The position numbers and the translations under genes were made by a program. A stretch of DNA of 64,000 bases from Ranitomeya imitator (Eukaryota): positions 607,972,001 to 608,036,000 of the forward strand of contig NC_091285.1 of assembly GCF_032444005.1 (NCBI RefSeq), written 5' to 3'. This document shows positions 61,378 through 64,000 of this stretch, piece after piece. The first letter of the stretch is position 1; the number at the start of each line of letters is the position of its first letter. Below the pieces are notes generated by a model. It saw only the letters and a list, made by a program, of their open reading frames with translations, made no database searches and was not told the DNA's origin.

Positions 61378-62300
61378 TTCAGTTTTTCTTATCCTACTCA
61401 ACCCTACCTTTTCTAGGGTCAATATTGACTCTGTAGGATTGCTATCTCCAATATAGGGCCCTAGAGTTCCTGTTCTCTTCCTGTCTAAAGTGACTACTTG
61501 TTTACCAGGAATATAAATTGTGCCACCATAGCATTTCAAGACTGTGTTTTCTTTGTGTCTAGTTATGTCCAATTTTGTAAGAGTAGAGTTGAGAGATACT
61601 TGGATGCTTTATCATTTGGGTGGAGGACTTGAGAAAGATTTGCATTTAAGTGCCCGGATTTCTTCTTCTCATGGGCAGATTTCCCAGAATTACTAAGCTA
61701 GAACAAGTCTTGGGCAATGGATGATTTTGCATCTGTTAAGGAAGCCATAGACAAAAAGATTTGGTCACAAACAAGTTTGCATCGCTGTAGAAAGTGCAAA
61801 TTATGGAGGTCTGAGCCTAGAAAGGGGTTTGCTTATGATTTTAATGATATCCTGATCATGAAAATTAAAGTCTCTCTTATCTAATATTTATATTGCCCTA
61901 AATGGGATATTCTCTGCTGATGACCCTGGGGAGTGTGAACATGATTTATGAAGTAAGGCCACATATACAGTAGTTCCTGAATGTCTTCATCCCAGGGAAT
62001 AACTGATGCACTGAAGAAATCCTGCACTTTAATGGGAATTTTTCAGTATGATCCATCCCCATGATATCTGATGTCATATTACAGAAAAATCCATTTTTTT
62101 CTTAATATGTAAATGAGTTGTTAAGATCTATGGGCTGGACAAAGATCTCCCTGAGAATCTGCCTCCAGAGCTTATTGTAAATGAAAGTGGCAGTTACCAG
62201 TGTGAGTCGTGTAATGACTGACAGTCTGCTCTGAATCTACATGTCTCACTCTGGTAATGCCCTTTTTAATTTAAAATAAGCCCTGGGGGCAGATTCTTAA

Positions 62301-63061
62301 GGTACCGTTACACTAAACGACTTACCAATGATCACGACCAGCGATACGACCTGGCCGTGATCGTTGGTAAGTCGTTGTGTGATCGCTGGGGAGCCGTCAC
62401 ACAGACAGCTCTCTCCAGCGACCAACGATCAGGGGAACGACTTCGGCATCGTTGAAACTGTCTTCAACTATGCCAAAGTCCCCCTGCAGCACCCGGGTAA
62501 CCAGGGTAAACATCGGGTTACTAAGCGCAGGGCCGCACTTAGTAACCCGATATTTACCCTGGTTACCACTGTAAAAGTAAAAAAACAAACAAAAAAAAAC
62601 ACTACATACTTACATTCCGATGTCTGTCACGTCCCCCGCTGTCAGCTTCCCTGCACTGACTGTGTCAGCGGCGCCGACCGTAAAGCAGCACAGCGGTGAC
62701 GTCACCACTGTGCTCTGCTTTACGGCCGGTGCTGACAGTCAGTGCAGGGAAGCTGATGGCGGGGGACGTGACAGACATCGGAATGTAAGTATGTAGTGTA
62801 GTGGCCCTGCACTTAGTAACCCGATATTTACCCTGGTTACAAGTGAACACATCACTGGATCGGCGTCACACACGCCGATCCAGCGATGACAGCGGGAGAT
62901 CAGCGACCAAAAAAAGGTCCTGATCATTCCCCACGACCAACGATCTCCCAGCAGGGGCCTGATCATTGGTCGCTGTCACACATAAGGAGATTGTTAGCGG
63001 GATCGTTGCTATGTCACAAAAAGCGTGATGTTGCAACGATATCGTTATGTGTGAAGGTACC
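62301..63061. mobile_element. GGTACC-ended palindromic MITE
   Basis: TIR GGTACC(G/T)T(T/C)ACAC; TTAA on both sides; central TGACGTCA at 62697-62704. Confidence 0.85.
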
Positions 63062-64000
63062 TTAAGGGAGATCTATCTCTGACCCATAGATCTTATCAGA
63101 TGATGTACAAATTAAGAAAAATGTGGCTTTGTCTGGAATAAGACATCGGGTCGCCGATATCAAGGTGTCACTTTAATTGGGTTGCTGTGACCTCACTGTC
63201 CATATAGGTGTCTTAGGAGGGTCAATCCTACTGACAGTTTCCATTTTTAAAGGGGTTCTCTACTACTGAATATTCTTGTACAAAAGGGCACATGGTGGTC
63301 TTAACATCAGAAAACTTATCCAATGGACCCCAACCATTCATGTCATGGCTGCAGCGTTTCCACTGGCTGTTGCGATTGGTGGATCTAGTGTATAGAGGTG
63401 CCTCCTGTCATTGTAACCCTGCCTCTGCTGATAAGCAGCCTGCTGAAAACTCTACCTGAAAAGACAGGAAGTAGGTGTCTGAATACGTCCCAGTGACCTG
63501 CGTGAAAGTTGCAGGATTACAATTATAATTTTTTATTGATATGAAAAAATGAAAGCATTGTCGAAAATGTCATGCATATAACACATACGTAATTCCTAAA
63601 ATGGATAATTTCCTAATGCTGGCTTCCATTTAATGTAGCTCCAATACATTTCCCTTTGTATTATTATAGCAGGTACTTAATTGGCTCATTAAGTCCTGGA
63701 GAGCCCCTTTAAATGCTCAAAATCCTATAATTGACCAGTGACCAACCATAGACGCAGATGCCGGTTATTAATACGCGGCGCTGGTTGAATGGACCGGAGT
63801 ATTTTCACATCTGCAATAAGTCTCCTTTTCCTTAGCTCTTCCTTCTGGGTTTCTAGTGAACTTTGGTCCTGAGTGGGGCTGATCAGTTTGGTTAGATGTG
63901 TTCTGTTACCCTGTCCTCACACCTCTGAAAGCAGGATGGGCCGGGATGGGGATTTTTTTGACACTTATTTCCGTCATGGAGAGAATACCATGGCCACCTC

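Noticed and set aside
57750-64000. Exon 2 of the candidate GFPT gene
   Set aside because: No sequence encoding GIFAYLNY or LEYRGYDSA was found by eye, so the gene symbol is withheld.

Overview
Eukaryotic (vertebrate) genomic DNA, most consistent with an anuran amphibian; this is inferred from the repeat repertoire (CR1 LINEs with 8-bp tails, V-SINE-like SINE, TTAA-AGG T2/Kolobok-type MITEs, Tc1). The first ~57 kb is a nested transposon graveyard: Helitrons with minisatellites, hAT-, pogo/Tc2-, Harbinger- and piggyBac-like non-autonomous elements, solo LTRs and Gypsy fragments, CR1 (one long intact 5'-truncated ORF2), two near-identical Tc1 copies (one with an intact 343-aa DD34E transposase), and Penelope-like (PLE) remnants with hammerhead-ribozyme motifs. 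There is a 174-N assembly gap at 29274-29447. At ~57.3-57.95 kb a CpG island with GC, CCAAT and CRE boxes contains a probable first exon ending ATG TGT G|GTGAGT, the pattern of GFPT1/2 exon 1; the identity is tentative because exon 2 was not found in the window. No CRISPR, rRNA or true tRNA genes are supported. Main observations: (i) unrelated DNA-transposon families carry palindromic CpG-rich cassettes with promoter motifs bracketed by outward-facing 5' splice sites; (ii) fold-back PLE-type insertions have hammerhead motifs in or beside the loop, and a near-intact hammerhead lies in the presumed first intron; (iii) a multi-layer insertion history can be reconstructed across 23-35 kb. All coordinates were counted by eye and may be off by a few bases.
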